Below, piece after piece: positions 10,568-21,319 of a DNA stretch of 64,000 bases. Within the stretch, counting starts at the first letter, position 1. Each line of letters begins with the position of its first letter. The DNA is from Escherichia phage vB_EcoM_CUA3: sequence record PP410321; one strand, given 5' to 3'. The position numbers and the translations under genes were made by a program. The notes under the pieces are model-generated. The model did no database searches. It saw only the letters and a program-made list of their open reading frames with translations, and was not told the DNA's origin.

Positions 10568-11850
10568 TGTCTAAGATTATAGACCTAATTAAAGAATCCA
10601 CACTGACGGCTGCCAACTCGGTTGGCCGTCCTGCTCTTCTTTCATACACCCAAGCAACTAATAAAAGAATCTTTAAAGCCTTAGTTGCCGAACAAAAAAC
10701 AAGCCAACCTGTTGCCGCTCTGTACGGGGTTCGTGTACTTAATCCTGACGACAAAATGACTTATATTGGTGGCGCTACATTTGCAGGCCAGATTGGTATG
10801 TCGGAACGTGAAAATATTCCTGAATTTACTGATTCGTCTACAGCTTATGCAGCAGGTGATATGTTCCAGTTTGAAAGTGTAGTGTTTAAAGTTCTGGAAG
10901 CATCTCCTTTCGCCGGAACCACAGAAACCGACCTCGGTGAAGTTATTTCTGAAGCAGTGGCCGCTGGACATATTCGTATGGTATCAGATGCTGCTATTAC
11001 TTCTAAATTCGAACAAGGCCATCCTGAAATTGCTGAAGCAGGCTTCCGTATTGATAAATGGCAATCTGAAGTTAAATCACGTAAATTGAAAACTTCGTTG
11101 ACAGTTGAATTGGCCCAAGACCTAGAATCAAACGGGTTTAATGCTCCTAATTTCGTTGAAAATCTGCTAGGAATTCAAATGGCAGAAGAAATTAATAAGG
11201 ACGTATTACAGTCATTAATTACGGTTAGTTCTCGTTTTAAAGTCCAAGGTGTTTCTGAAAAGGGTGTATTAGACCTTACCAACCCACGTTACGATAATGC
11301 CCAGGACCGTGCTCGTACACTATATTATTACATGTGTGAGATGAACTCTGCCGTCCAACGTCAAACTTCTTTCGCTGGGACTTATGCAGTAGCTAGTTCT
11401 CGTTGTGCTGCTATTCTCGCCGCTTCCGGTTGGGTTGAGAAAAAGGAAGACCAAGACGAACTGGCTTATGGTGTATTAAAGAACGGCCTGCCACTTTATG
11501 CTGATATGAATAGTCCATGTGATTATGTTATTGTTGGTGTGAATGCTCAGATGGGTGAAGGACAGACGGTCGCATCTTTATATTATGCGCCTTATACGGA
11601 AGGTTTGAATGTGGTTGATGAAGAAGGTGATACTTCAGTAGGTGAATTTAAGGTTATTGTTGACCCTGAAAGCTTACAACCTACAGTAGCATTGCTTGCT
11701 CGTTATGCATTGACTGCAAACCCTTATACCGTCGCTAAGGACGATAAAGAAGCCCGCATTATTGATGGCTCTGATATGGACAAAATGGCTAACCAAAGCC
11801 AATTGAGTTCTTATCTTGGTGTTAAACTTCCACCTTTAGANANAAANNNA
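10567..11850 (+). CDS. second gp24-like capsid vertex paralog; 3' end falls in masked bases, end approximate
   Basis: ORF start overlaps gene 24 stop (TAATG); roughly half the residues are shared with the first copy, including VAALYGV, KSRKLKT..TVELAQD, YAPYTEGL and ANPYTVAKDDKEAR. Confidence 0.85.
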
Positions 11851-11853
11851 AAA

Positions 11854-11869
11854 GGGACCTCACGGTCCC
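11854..11869. terminator. bidirectional hairpin terminator between convergent gp24-paralog and rnlB
   Basis: GGGACC-TCAC-GGTCCC hairpin with flanking A/T runs on both sides. Confidence 0.65.
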
Positions 11870-11877
11870 TTTATTGT

Positions 11878-12885
11878 TTATTTGGATACTAATTCAATCC
11901 ATACAGCTCGTAGCGTATCTTTAACACACTCAATGAGCTGCTTTTTAACTTCAACAGGATTTTCGGCATCGGTTAATTCTAATTCTTCACGGGCCGCTTC
12001 TTCCAAAATATCTTGGACCGTCAGTCCCATTACCTTTCCAAAATCTTTAGGTGATACTTCACCAATCTTACTGATAACATTGTTAATACGGTTAACAGTC
12101 ACATAATCAGTGAATTGCCACATCAAGTCCATATCGTCTTGGGACAATACCACTGCAACTTTAATAGGCTTGTCAGACTTTTTCTTCTCGCTGAATTTAG
12201 AGTTCTTACATTTAATCGCTACACGATTTCCATTAGGAAGCCAGATTGGAACATCAGGTTTCAGTACAAAGCCTTCAGCCGTAAATACTTTACCTTCAAC
12301 CTTAGGAATAAAATCAGTCGAGTTAGCAATGGTTAAACCTGCATTATCCACTGCAAAATTATAATCTGGGATAACAGAATCAAAATCATTTGGAAGTTTA
12401 ATAAGGTCTTCAAAGCTACCTGTGGCTAAGCATGGAGCAACCTTAAACTTATGGATAATACAGAAAGCTTCCATAAGGGTATCAGTTAGAACAGATTCGG
12501 TGCCATCTTCTTTAGTAACACGGATATCAAATACATAAAAGTCTTTATCGCCGTAATCCACATTCTTCTGGATACCTGTACCAGCGAACTCACCATAAAT
12601 TTGATATGACTGATAATTAATAGATTCGATTAGATGTTGAACAGATTTAATAGAATCAGCATAGTTCTTAAGTACGATTTCATAGCCGTAGAAATCTTCA
12701 GCAGGGAGAATTGGTCCGGTGCGCTTGGCGCATGTGACTGCGTCACGTTCTATGATTAAACTAAAGTTGGTTCCATGAATCTTCTCACGTGCTACCCATT
12801 CACCGCCAGTCAAACCATTAATACGGAGTTTTTCAATAAACTTATTGTTGTAGTGGTTTTCCAGACTGCTATATTTCTTGAACAT
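11878..12885 (-). CDS. rnlB: RNA ligase 2 (Rnl2)
   Basis: 335 aa from ATG at 12883-12885; [13 protein letters not shown]...[10 protein letters not shown] (lysine nucleotidyltransferase motif I KxHGxN) recalled from T4 Rnl2; masked bases begin immediately upstream. Confidence 0.93.
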   Translation of the reverse strand: MFKKYSSLENHYNNKFIEKLRINGLTGGEWVAREKIHGTNFSLIIERDAVTCAKRTGPILPAEDFYGYEIVLKNYADSIKSVQHLIESINYQSYQIYGEFAGTGIQKNVDYGDKDFYVFDIRVTKEDGTESVLTDTLMEAFCIIHKFKVAPCLATGSFEDLIKLPNDFDSVIPDYNFAVDNAGLTIANSTDFIPKVEGKVFTAEGFVLKPDVPIWLPNGNRVAIKCKNSKFSEKKKSDKPIKVAVVLSQDDMDLMWQFTDYVTVNRINNVISKIGEVSPKDFGKVMGLTVQDILEEAAREELELTDAENPVEVKKQLIECVKDTLRAVWIELVSK

Positions 12886-15613
12886 ANNNNNNNNNNNNNN
12901 NNNNNNNNNNNNNNNNNNNNNNNNNNNNNNNNNNNNNNNNNNNNNNNNNNNNNNNNNNNNNNNNNNNNNNNNNNNNNNNNNNNNNNNNNNNNNNNNNNNN
13001 NNNNNNNNNNNNNNNNNNNNNNNNNNNNNNNNNNNNNNNNNNNNNNNNNNNNNNNNNNNNNNNNNNNNNNNNNNNNNNNNNNNNNNNNNNNNNNNNNNNN
13101 NNNNNNNNNNNNNNNNNNNNNNNNNNNNNNNNNNNNNNNNNNNNNNNNNNNNNNNNNNNNNNNNNNNNNNNNNNNNNNNNNNNNNNNNNNNNNNNNNNNN
13201 NNNNNNNNNNNNNNNNNNNNNNNNNNNNNNNNNNNNNNNNNNNNNNNNNNNNNNNNNAATCACCATAATAAATATAATTAAATAGAAGAGTTAGTATTCT
13301 TCTGTCACCAAGCCAAATGGTTTAACGGAAGGACCTAGACCCATTATAACACATCTAAATTTAAAGCATATTACTTTGAACCAGAACGCGCTTTGCGCCG
13401 AACCTTATTGNNNNNNNNNNNNNNNNNNNNNNNNNNNNNNNNNNNNNNNNNNNNNNNNNNNNNNNNNNNNNNNNNNNNNNNNNNNNNNNNNNNNNNNNNN
13501 NNNNNNNNNNNNAATTTTTTAGCAATATCAATAAAATTCATACCAGATTCATGTAAAAAATGTACTTTAATCTTATCCATAACAATTCTCTTGTNNNNNN
13601 NNNNNNNNNNNNNNNNNNNNNNNNNNNNNNNNNNNNNNNNNNNNNNNNNNNNNNNNNNNNNNNNNNNNNNNNNNNNNNNNNNNNNNNNNNNNNNNNNNNN
13701 NNNNNNNNNNNNNNNNNNNNNNNNNNNNNNNNNNNNNNNNNNNNNNNNNNNNNNNNNNNNNNNNNNNNNNNNNNNNNNNNNNNNNNNNNNNNNNNNNNNN
13801 NNNNNNNNNNNNNNNNNNNNNNNNNNNNNNNNNNNNNNNNNNNNNNNNNNNNNNNNNNNNNNNNNNNNNNNNNNNNNNNNNNNNNNNNNNNNNNNNNNNN
13901 NNNNNNNNNNNNNNNNNNNNNNNNNNNNNNNNNNNNNNNNNNNNNNNNNNNNNNNNNNNNNNNNNNNNNNNNNNNNNNNNNNNNNNNNNNNNNNNNNNNN
14001 NNNNNNNNNNNNNNNNNNNNNNNNNNNNNNNNNNNNNNNNNNNNNNNNNNNNNNNNNNNNNNNNNNNNNNNNNNNNNNNNNNNNNNNNNNNNNNNNNNNN
14101 NNNNNNNNNNNNNNNNNNNNNNNNNNNNNNNNNNNNNNNNNNNNNNNNNNNNNNNNNNNNNNNNNNNNNNNNNNNNNNNNNNNNNNNNNNNNNNNNNNNN
14201 NNNNNNNNNNNNNNNNNNNNNNNNNNNNNNNNNNNNNNNNNNNNNNNNNNNNNNNNNNNNNNNNNNNNNNNNNNNNNNNNNNNNNNNNNNNNNNNNNNNN
14301 NNNNNNNNNNNNNNNNNNNNNNNNNNNNNNNNNNNNNNNNNNNNNNNNNNNNNNNNNNNNNNNNNNNNNNNNNNNNNNNNNNNNNNNNNNNNNNNNNNNN
14401 NNNNNNNNNNNNNNNNNNNNNNNNNNNNNNNNNNNNNNNNNNNNNNNNNNNNNNNNNNNNNNNNNNNNNNNNNNNNNNNNNNNNNNNNNNNNNNNNNNNN
14501 NNNNNNNNNNNNNNNNNNNNNNNNNNNNNNNNNNNNNNNNNNNNNNNNNNNNNNNNNNNNNNNNNNNNNNNNNNNNNNNNNNNNNNNNNNNNNNNNNNNN
14601 NNNNNNNNNNNNNNNNNNNNNNNNNNNNNNNNNNNNNNNNNNNNNNNNNNNNNNNNNNNNNNNNNNNNNNNNNNNNNNNNNNNNNNNNNNNNNNNNNNNN
14701 NNNNNNNNNNNNNNNNNNNNNNNNNNNNNNNNNNNNNNNNNNNNNNNNNNNNNNNNNNNNNNNNNNNNNNNNNNNNNNNNNNNNNNNNNNNNNNNNNNNN
14801 NNNNNNNNNNNNNNNNNNNNNNNNNNNNNNNNNNNNNNNNNNNNNNNNNNNNNNNNNNNNNNNNNNNNNNNNNNNNNNNNNNNNNNNNNNNNNNNNNNNN
14901 NNNNNNNNNNNNNNNNNNNNNNNNNNNNNNNNNNNNNNNNNNNNNNNNNNNNNNNNNNNNNNNNNNNNNNNNNNNNNNNNNNNNNNNNNNNNNNNNNNNN
15001 NNNNNNNNNNNNNNNNNNNNNNNNNNNNNNNNNNNNNNNNNNNNNNNNNNNNNNNNNNNNNNNNNNNNNNNNNNNNNNNNNNNNNNNNNNNNNNNNNNNN
15101 NNNNNNNNNNNNNNNNNNNNNNNNNNNNNNNNNNNNNNNNNNNNNNNNNNNNNNNNNNNNNNNNNNNNNNNNNNNNNNNNNNNNNNNNNNNNNNNNNNNN
15201 NNNNNNNNNNNNNNNNNNNNNNNNNNNNNNNNNNNNNNNNNNNNNNNNNNNNNNNNNNNNNNNNNNNNNNNNNNNNNNNNNNNNNNNNNNNNNNNNNNNN
15301 NNNNNNNNNNNNNNNNNNNNNNNNNNNNNNNNNNNNNNNNNNNNNNNNNNNNNNNNNNNNNNNNNNNNNNNNNNNNNNNNNNNNNNNNNNNNNNNNNNNN
15401 NNNNNNNNNNNNNNNNNNNNNNNNNNNNNNNNNNNNNNNNNNNNNNNNNNNNNNNNNNNNNNNNNNNNNNNNNNNNNNNNNNNNNNNNNNNNNNNNNNNN
15501 NNNNNNNNNNNNNNNNNNNNNNNNNNNNNNNNNNNNNNNNNNNNNNNNNNNNNNNNNNNNNNNNNNNNNNNNNNNNNNNNNNNNNNNNNNNNNNNNNNNN
15601 NNNNNNNNNNNNN

Positions 15614-16984
15614 ATGAATAATTCTACCGTTACGAGATTCTTGTACATCAACCTCTGGATAATCGGCGACCATTTTTTGAAGAGTATAGCGATGGAGATA
15701 ATATTCACTATCAGGGTCATCAGTTTTCCAGTCTTTACCTTCAAGTGTCATTTTCTGGATTTCATCCATAACCCACCAACCAGCCCAAATATAAGCTGAA
15801 TTACGAACAGGAAGTGGATGTACATAAGGTAGTTCACCGTCAGGAACAGGAGCCACTTTAGCAGTAATTGTTACATTACCTGTTTTTTTGACCGTCACTG
15901 GGTTATAATCGGTTGCGGAAACCGCAACAGAAACTTCAATAACCTGCGAACCTTCAGCACTTGTATCGATTGCCAAAGTATCCGTGGTGCCTGCAACAGG
16001 TGAACCATCTTTCTTCCAAGAATATGCAAAAGTAGCACCAGCAGGGGCACCGGCTACGGTAGCTTTAAAAGAAGCTGGAATTCCTTCAGAGACATTAATA
16101 GACGGTGGCGTTAAGTTAACAGAAACACCCGTCATAGTCTTTTTAGTAATTGTTACACTTCCTGTTTTGGCAACGGTTAAATCTTTATAATCCGCACCTG
16201 TTAGGACTACCGAAACTTCAATAGAGTAAGAACCTATTGTAGATGTATCGACAGCAAGAATATTGCTGCTTTCGCCTGGAATAATAGAACCATTTTTCTT
16301 CCAAGAATAAGTTGCATTTACACCGGAAGGAGCGCCGATTACATCCGCTTTAAACTGTGCAGATGAGTCTTTCTCTGTACTAATTGAGGCCGGCGTTAAA
16401 GTAACAGAAACACCTGACAAAGTTTTCTTAACAAAAGTTACAGCAGCACCTTTAGTAGCGGTAGCCGAATTATATTCAGGGGCAGTAACGGTAACTTCAC
16501 AGTTCAAAGTGTAATTTGCTTCTGCTGCTTCAGTTATGGTAATAGTTTTACCTGTTTGACCTGATATTACGCTAGTGTTACGTTTCCAAACATAAGCGAT
16601 TGTTGCACCGGAAGGAGCACCTGTTACGTTAGCAGTAACAACCTGAGATTGGCCAATTTCTTTAGAAACGGAAGTAGGGTCTAAGGCCAAAGAAATGGTC
16701 NNNATGGTCTTATTAACTACGGTGACTTCAAAAGTATCTTCAGCTACCTCAGGTTCGCCTTCAGCTGGAGTAGAAGTTGCTACTACCTTTAAAACTTTCT
16801 TACCAGCCGGAGCCGCACCGGTATATTTCAAAACATTGGTTGCCTCTGGATTAGAAGCACCGCCAACGGTCCATACATATGTAATGGTTCCTTCTACAGC
16901 TGCACCTGTTGCGGTAGCAGTGTAGTTGGCACTTTCGCCTATTTTTATAGACGCAGCACCGGCTATACTTACAGTAAAAGCCAT
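15614..16984 (-). CDS. hoc: Hoc outer capsid decoration protein, four Ig-like modules plus capsid-binding domain; 3' end masked
   Basis: From ATG at 16982-16984; four roughly 90-aa repeats then ELPYVHPLPVRNSAYIWAGWWVMDEIQKMTLEGKDWKTDDPDSEYYLHRYTLQKM, recalled as matching the T4 Hoc C-terminal domain; the CDS runs into N-mask at 15613. Confidence 0.9.
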
Positions 16985-16993
16985 AGTTTACCC

Positions 16994-17665
16994 TTATTTT
17001 AAAGTTACGAAAGATGAATTACGTGTTTCACGTACTAATACTGAACCATTACGATTAATGTAATAAATCAGACTGAATAGTGTTTGGTGGGCAGATGGGT
17101 GTTGGAAATCTTTAGGACGTTCTTTCCAATCAGGGGTTTCGGCAATCCATTGATAAATCCACCAAGGCACAGTACAATACCCTGGATTTTTACCAATGAG
17201 TAAAAGATTAGGGCTAAAATTTTCAGGCAAAGAGAATACAGGTTTTTCAGATTCAATAACATTGGTTACAGCCTCTTCGAATTTCTCTTCGATAAAAGGA
17301 GTATCTTCTTCAATAANNNNNNNNNNNNNNNNNNNNNNNNNNNNNNNAACTTCAACCACGGCCTCAGGGGCATCAAATAATAGGGTGGCCTCTTCTTTAG
17401 CGGGTTCAGCACCATCAATAAATTCGTTAGCACCGGTAAGTTCATCAGCGGCGTCAATCAAATCAGAAATAGACAAACCTTCGGTTTCCGGAAGTGGTTC
17501 ATCTGCCAAGGCTTTAAGGCCTTCAGAGATATCGATAATCAAATTATCAAACGAACGGGTTTTCTTAAGTTTTAAACCGAACTGTTCGCCGTATTCGATT
17601 AACTTAGCTTTAGCTTCTTTTTTATCTTCGAGTGCACGAAGCTCTTCAATATATTGAGTATCCAT
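16994..17665 (-). CDS. inh: Inh, inhibitor of prohead protease gp21
   Basis: 223-aa ORF directly upstream of hoc on the same strand, as in T4 inh-hoc; acidic middle, conserved C-terminal half. Confidence 0.8.
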   Translation of the reverse strand: MDTQYIEELRALEDKKEAKAKLIEYGEQFGLKLKKTRSFDNLIIDISEGLKALADEPLPETEGLSISDLIDAADELTGANEFIDGAEPAKEEATLLFDAPEAVVEVXXXXXXXXXXXIEEDTPFIEEKFEEAVTNVIESEKPVFSLPENFSPNLLLIGKNPGYCTVPWWIYQWIAETPDWKERPKDFQHPSAHQTLFSLIYYINRNGSVLVRETRNSSFVTLK

Positions 17666-17684
17666 AATTAGTCTCTTGTTGGTG

Positions 17685-17692
17685 TATAAATA
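17685..17692 (+). promoter_or_regulatory. late promoter TATAAATA for uvsW
   Basis: Exact TATAAATA about 30 nt upstream of uvsW ATG. Confidence 0.55.
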
Positions 17693-17698
17693 TAACTA

Positions 17699-17706
17699 TA
17701 TTTATA
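17699..17706 (-). promoter_or_regulatory. late promoter TATAAATA (minus strand) for inh-hoc
   Basis: Plus strand reads TATTTATA, giving TATAAATA on the minus strand about 35 nt upstream of the inh start; divergent partner of the uvsW promoter. Confidence 0.5.
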
Positions 17707-17720
17707 ACTGAGAATTAGAC

Positions 17721-19217
17721 ATGCAAATTCAAGTACATTTTGATAATTTTAGTCATGTTCGTGTTGAGTGTGATGAATCCACCTTCTACGAACTCAGAGA
17801 CTATTTCAGCTTTGAAGCTGATGGATATAAATTTAACCCTAAATACCGATATGGACAATGGGATGGGAGAATTCGTCTTCTAGATTATAACCGTAAACTT
17901 CCATATGGTTTAGTCCCACAAATTAAAAAATTCGCTGACCAGTTTGAATACTCTCTTTGGATAGACCCACGAATTCTTGAACAGGAAGATATTTCACGTG
18001 AAGATTTTGACTCATGGGTGGCTTCACAAGAGATTTATTCAGGTTCTACCAAGATTGAGCCACATTGGTATCAGAATGAAGCCGTATACAACGGCCTGAC
18101 AAAACGACGCGCAATTCTGAATTTACCTACATCTGCAGGTAAATCATTGATTCAGGCGCTCCTGAGTCGATATTACGTTGAGAACTACGAAGGTAAAATT
18201 CTTATCTTAGTTCCTACTACTGCACTCGTAGACCAGATGATTAACGACTTCGTTGATTATCGTTTGTTCCCTAAAGCTGCTATGCTTGGTATTCGTTCAG
18301 GTACTGCTCGTGATTCCGATGCAATGATTTATGTTTCAACTTATCAAACGGCTATTAAACAACCTAAAGAGTGGTTTGCCCAGTTTGGTATGTTTATGAA
18401 CGACGAATGCCATTTAGCAACAGGTAAATCAATTTCTACCATCATCGAAGGCCTTACCAATTGTATGTTTAAATTTGGTTTGTCAGGTTCTTTAAAAGAC
18501 GGTAAAGCCAATTTAATGCAATACATGGGTTTATTTGGCGATGTGTTTAAACCTGTTTCCACCTCTCAATTGATGGAAGAAGGACAGGTCACTGATTTAA
18601 AAATAAACAGTATTTTCCTTCGTTATCCAGACGAATTCACTGTTAAGATGAAAGGTAAAGATTACCAATCAGAAATTAAAGTCATTACTAAGGCTACTCG
18701 TCGTAATAAATGGGTTGCTAATTTAGCTGTTAAACTCGCTAAGAAAGAAGAGAACGTATTCTTGATGTTTAAAAACATCGAGCACGGTAAAACTCTTTTT
18801 GAAATGGTTAAAGAGCAACATAAAGAGGTTTATTACGTATCAGGTGAAGTTAATACAGAAACTCGTAATGCTCTTAAAGTAATGGCGGAAAATGGTAAGG
18901 GTATTATTGTTGTGGCAAGTTATGGTGTATTTTCTACAGGTATTTCCGTTAAGAATCTCCATCATGTAATATTTGCACACCCAGTAAAATCTAAAATCAT
19001 TGTACTCCAGACAATAGGTCGTGTGCTCCGTAAACATGCATCTAAAACAACTGCACAAGTTTGGGACATTATAGACGACATGGGCGTTAAGCCTAAATCA
19101 GCAAATGCTAAAAAGAAATATGTTCATTTGAATTATGCATTAAAACATGCCTTAGAACGTATTCAACGTTATGCTGACGAGAAATTTAATTACGTAATGA
19201 AACAGGTGGATTTATGA
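17721..19217 (+). CDS. uvsW: UvsW recombination/repair helicase
   Basis: 498-aa ORF; N-terminus, Walker A LNLPTSAGKS and DEAH-like MNDECH box recalled from T4 UvsW. Confidence 0.95.
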   Translation: MQIQVHFDNFSHVRVECDESTFYELRDYFSFEADGYKFNPKYRYGQWDGRIRLLDYNRKLPYGLVPQIKKFADQFEYSLWIDPRILEQEDISREDFDSWVASQEIYSGSTKIEPHWYQNEAVYNGLTKRRAILNLPTSAGKSLIQALLSRYYVENYEGKILILVPTTALVDQMINDFVDYRLFPKAAMLGIRSGTARDSDAMIYVSTYQTAIKQPKEWFAQFGMFMNDECHLATGKSISTIIEGLTNCMFKFGLSGSLKDGKANLMQYMGLFGDVFKPVSTSQLMEEGQVTDLKINSIFLRYPDEFTVKMKGKDYQSEIKVITKATRRNKWVANLAVKLAKKEENVFLMFKNIEHGKTLFEMVKEQHKEVYYVSGEVNTETRNALKVMAENGKGIIVVASYGVFSTGISVKNLHHVIFAHPVKSKIIVLQTIGRVLRKHASKTTAQVWDIIDDMGVKPKSANAKKKYVHLNYALKHALERIQRYADEKFNYVMKQVDL

Positions 19218-19441
19218 AGTCCTTTAAAGAAGTTATCTATGAAGCCTCTATTGAGAGCTTCATGTCTAAAATTAGTTCCTGTCAAACCATGGACGGTTTG
19301 GAGGAATTGGAGAAGTATTACAAAACTCGTAGTAAAGAAGCTGAGCTTCGAGATTCGGATGATATCAGCGTTCGTGATGCCCTAGCAGGTAAACGAGCTG
19401 AATTGGAGTCGATGGACGACGAGGAAGAGGAAGATTTCTAA
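19214..19441 (+). CDS. uvsW.1: UvsW.1 small acidic protein
   Basis: 75-aa ORF overlapping the uvsW stop (ATGA), as in the T4 uvsW/uvsW.1 arrangement; C-terminus DDEEEEDF. Confidence 0.8.
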   Translation: MKSFKEVIYEASIESFMSKISSCQTMDGLEELEKYYKTRSKEAELRDSDDISVRDALAGKRAELESMDDEEEEDF

Positions 19442-19449
19442 ACAAAAAA

Positions 19450-19471
19450 GGCCCAACCTTTCGGAAGGGCC
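19450..19471. terminator. bidirectional hairpin terminator between uvsW.1 and the convergent uvsY operon
   Basis: GGCCCAACCTT-TCGG-AAGGGCC hairpin preceded by an A-run. Confidence 0.6.
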
Positions 19472-19501
19472 AATAACCATAAAATGGCTATACACACTAG
19501 A

Positions 19502-19669
19502 CTAAAGTAGTAATTGGGTTTCGTTCAGCTGTTCTTCAGTGTTTTCCGTAACAGGCATGCTTTGAACGTAATTATAACATGAACCCGGATGAACCGGACC
19601 TTTTTCTGTTTCAACAACCAATGCAGCATCGATTGGAGTTTTACAGACAACGCAAATCTTATCTGACAT
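19502..19669 (-). CDS. UvsY.-2-like small Cys-containing protein (55 aa)
   Basis: Read by eye: MSDKICVVCKTPIDAALVVETEKGPVHPGSCYNYVQSMPV..., with AAGGAG SD 7 nt upstream; position downstream of uvsY as in T4; below the ORF-track length cutoff. Confidence 0.6.
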   Translation of the reverse strand: MSDKICVVCKTPIDAALVVETEKGPVHPGSCYNYVQSMPVTENTEEQLNETQLLL

Positions 19670-19697
19670 GATTGTCTCCTTAGTTTAACTTACATAT

Positions 19698-19796
19698 CTA
19701 TTTATTACTTGCTAAAGCGGCATTAATGAATTCTTGGAGAAGTTTCATCTTATTAGCATCTACTTTAATGGGTTTGGTATTTTTAGTACGCCTCAT
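19698..19796 (-). CDS. small ORF (32 aa) translationally coupled to uvsY stop, uvsY.-1 position
   Basis: ATG overlaps the uvsY TAA (TAATG); MRRTKNTKPIKVDANKMKLLQEFINAALASNK; very short, so tentative. Confidence 0.3.
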   Translation of the reverse strand: MRRTKNTKPIKVDANKMKLLQEFINAALASNK

Positions 19797-20230
19797 TATT
19801 TGCCGGCCTCAAATTGTCTCATCTCATGCATGGTTTTAAGGTTAAACCCTCGCGCCTTAATAGCATCTAGTGCCGAACTACAAAAGTCTTGTAACAAAGC
19901 CCAATACTGGATTGATGTATCGATTTTAATCACGCTAGAATCTGCAGCCATTACGGTCTTTAATTCTGACTTCTCGTATTGGTCCATACAAACCTCATCA
20001 CCAGGCTCTCCACGTCCCGTGTAGAAATCTAATCGCTTCTTAAGAGAGGTCTTTTTCTGGATTTCTAATCGCATTATCTCTTTCTTACAATTCGTATACA
20101 GTCTTAGCCATTTGCTGTGCAGCAAAACGTTGTTCTGTACTTCATACTGTAAACGAGTCCCATCAATCTTTAAATCTTCATCTAATGCATCTTGGAATGA
20201 TTCCAATTTATATTCAATCTCTTTACTCAT
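19796..20230 (-). CDS. uvsY: UvsY recombination mediator protein
   Basis: KIDGTRLQYEVQNNVLLHSKWL...YTGRGE...YEKSELKTV...QYWALLQDFCSSALDAIKARGF recalled from T4 UvsY; start placed at the in-frame ATG 20228-20230, which has an AGGAAA SD (the ORF track begins 11 codons upstream). Confidence 0.9.
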   Translation of the reverse strand: MSKEIEYKLESFQDALDEDLKIDGTRLQYEVQNNVLLHSKWLRLYTNCKKEIMRLEIQKKTSLKKRLDFYTGRGEPGDEVCMDQYEKSELKTVMAADSSVIKIDTSIQYWALLQDFCSSALDAIKARGFNLKTMHEMRQFEAGK

Positions 20231-20261
20231 CGCATGTTTCCTGTTGAATGACCATAGGACC

Positions 20262-20288
20262 ATTATACACTATTTGTTTGTACAGCAA
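20262..20288 (-). promoter_or_regulatory. candidate MotA-dependent middle promoter for uvsY
   Basis: Minus strand reads aTTGCTGTA (MotA-box-like, one mismatch to TGCTTtA), 13 bp, then TATAAT; T4 uvsY is a known middle gene. Confidence 0.35.
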
Positions 20289-20678
20289 TTAACCACTTTG
20301 TGAGAGCTGGATTCTAATTTGCTCTAACGTATCCGGGTCATCAACAATACTAAACTGGACGGTTACTATAATAGAGTTGTCATCATAAACAGGGGTAACG
20401 CCTACAGCAAGAGCAGAAATTCTAGGTTCGAAGTTCCGCACAGCGGAAACTATATTACGCTTAATGGTATCCGTGATTAATGGAGTAATATTCTCAAACA
20501 GTTGATTACTGATATCACATCCAAATTCAGGCATAAAAGGGCGAGAGCCTTTACGAGTAGTAATAATGCCTAACAAACTATTTTTTACTGCACGGGCCCC
20601 TGTAGCTTTAGCGACGTCTCTATTCCAAGACGTCCTCATTTCAGGGTCTAAATCTGAATACATTTTATTGATATTCAT
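20289..20678 (-). CDS. 25: baseplate wedge protein gp25
   Basis: 129-aa ORF; NINKMYSDLDPEM...LLGIITTRKGSRPFMPEFGCD recalled from T4 gp25. Confidence 0.93.
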   Translation of the reverse strand: MNINKMYSDLDPEMRTSWNRDVAKATGARAVKNSLLGIITTRKGSRPFMPEFGCDISNQLFENITPLITDTIKRNIVSAVRNFEPRISALAVGVTPVYDDNSIIVTVQFSIVDDPDTLEQIRIQLSQSG

Positions 20679-21301
20679 TACATCACCTTAAAGAACTCTT
20701 TAAGTCCCTCAATAACGTGGACGGTATGCTCACCACATTCACAAGAAATAGGTATGGCCAAAATAGGCTTAGGGGTGACTAGAGCATCATAAACTTCTTT
20801 TACATCTTTTTCTGTTATCACAGAATAAAGGTCGTCTAGTTCCGCATCACTTAAATCAGAAAGAAGAAGCTTTTCGCCGGCAGAAGTTAAAATATAATCG
20901 ATACACCCTGCAACCATCATAGCCCTATTTTTGTCTTCAAAGAGCTTAGGATATCTGAACACTATTTTAAAGTTGCCAAAGTCCTTAATAACATCGGGCT
21001 CTTTACCTAATGTAGTGCGAGTTAACGTCATAGGGACCACCTGTGAGCGACCACAACTACAAACCCACTCACGTTCTATATTCACTTCAGCCAATGAATG
21101 GGCCCACAGGTTTATCACCAGGAGCTCAGATTCTTGCTTGTTTAAATCACGAGCATCTGTGCAATTCAAAATGAGTTCATTGATAAAGGACTCTATTCTG
21201 TCTTCTAATTTAGCTTGGAGCAAGTCCTTATACTCTCTGAGGGTAAATGCTCTGCATTTTATGGTCTTGTTTTTAATTTTTACGTCAAAAGTATAATTCA
21301 T
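20678..21301 (-). CDS. 26: baseplate hub protein gp26
   Basis: 207-aa ORF (T4 gp26 208 aa) upstream of and overlapping gene 25; divergent from gene 51. Confidence 0.85.
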   Translation of the reverse strand: MNYTFDVKIKNKTIKCRAFTLREYKDLLQAKLEDRIESFINELILNCTDARDLNKQESELLVINLWAHSLAEVNIEREWVCSCGRSQVVPMTLTRTTLGKEPDVIKDFGNFKIVFRYPKLFEDKNRAMMVAGCIDYILTSAGEKLLLSDLSDAELDDLYSVITEKDVKEVYDALVTPKPILAIPISCECGEHTVHVIEGLKEFFKVM

Positions 21302-21319
21302 TGTCTTCTCCTTTAAGCT

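Noticed and set aside
13393-15744. Very long ORFs (up to 1148 codons) made mostly of X residues
   Set aside because: These are read-through across N-masked bases; no sequence supports them. Only the unmasked hoc portion 15614-16984 is real
19734-20303. Plus-strand ORFs 19734-20024 and 20112-20303
   Set aside because: They are antisense to uvsY, with no SD or promoter signals
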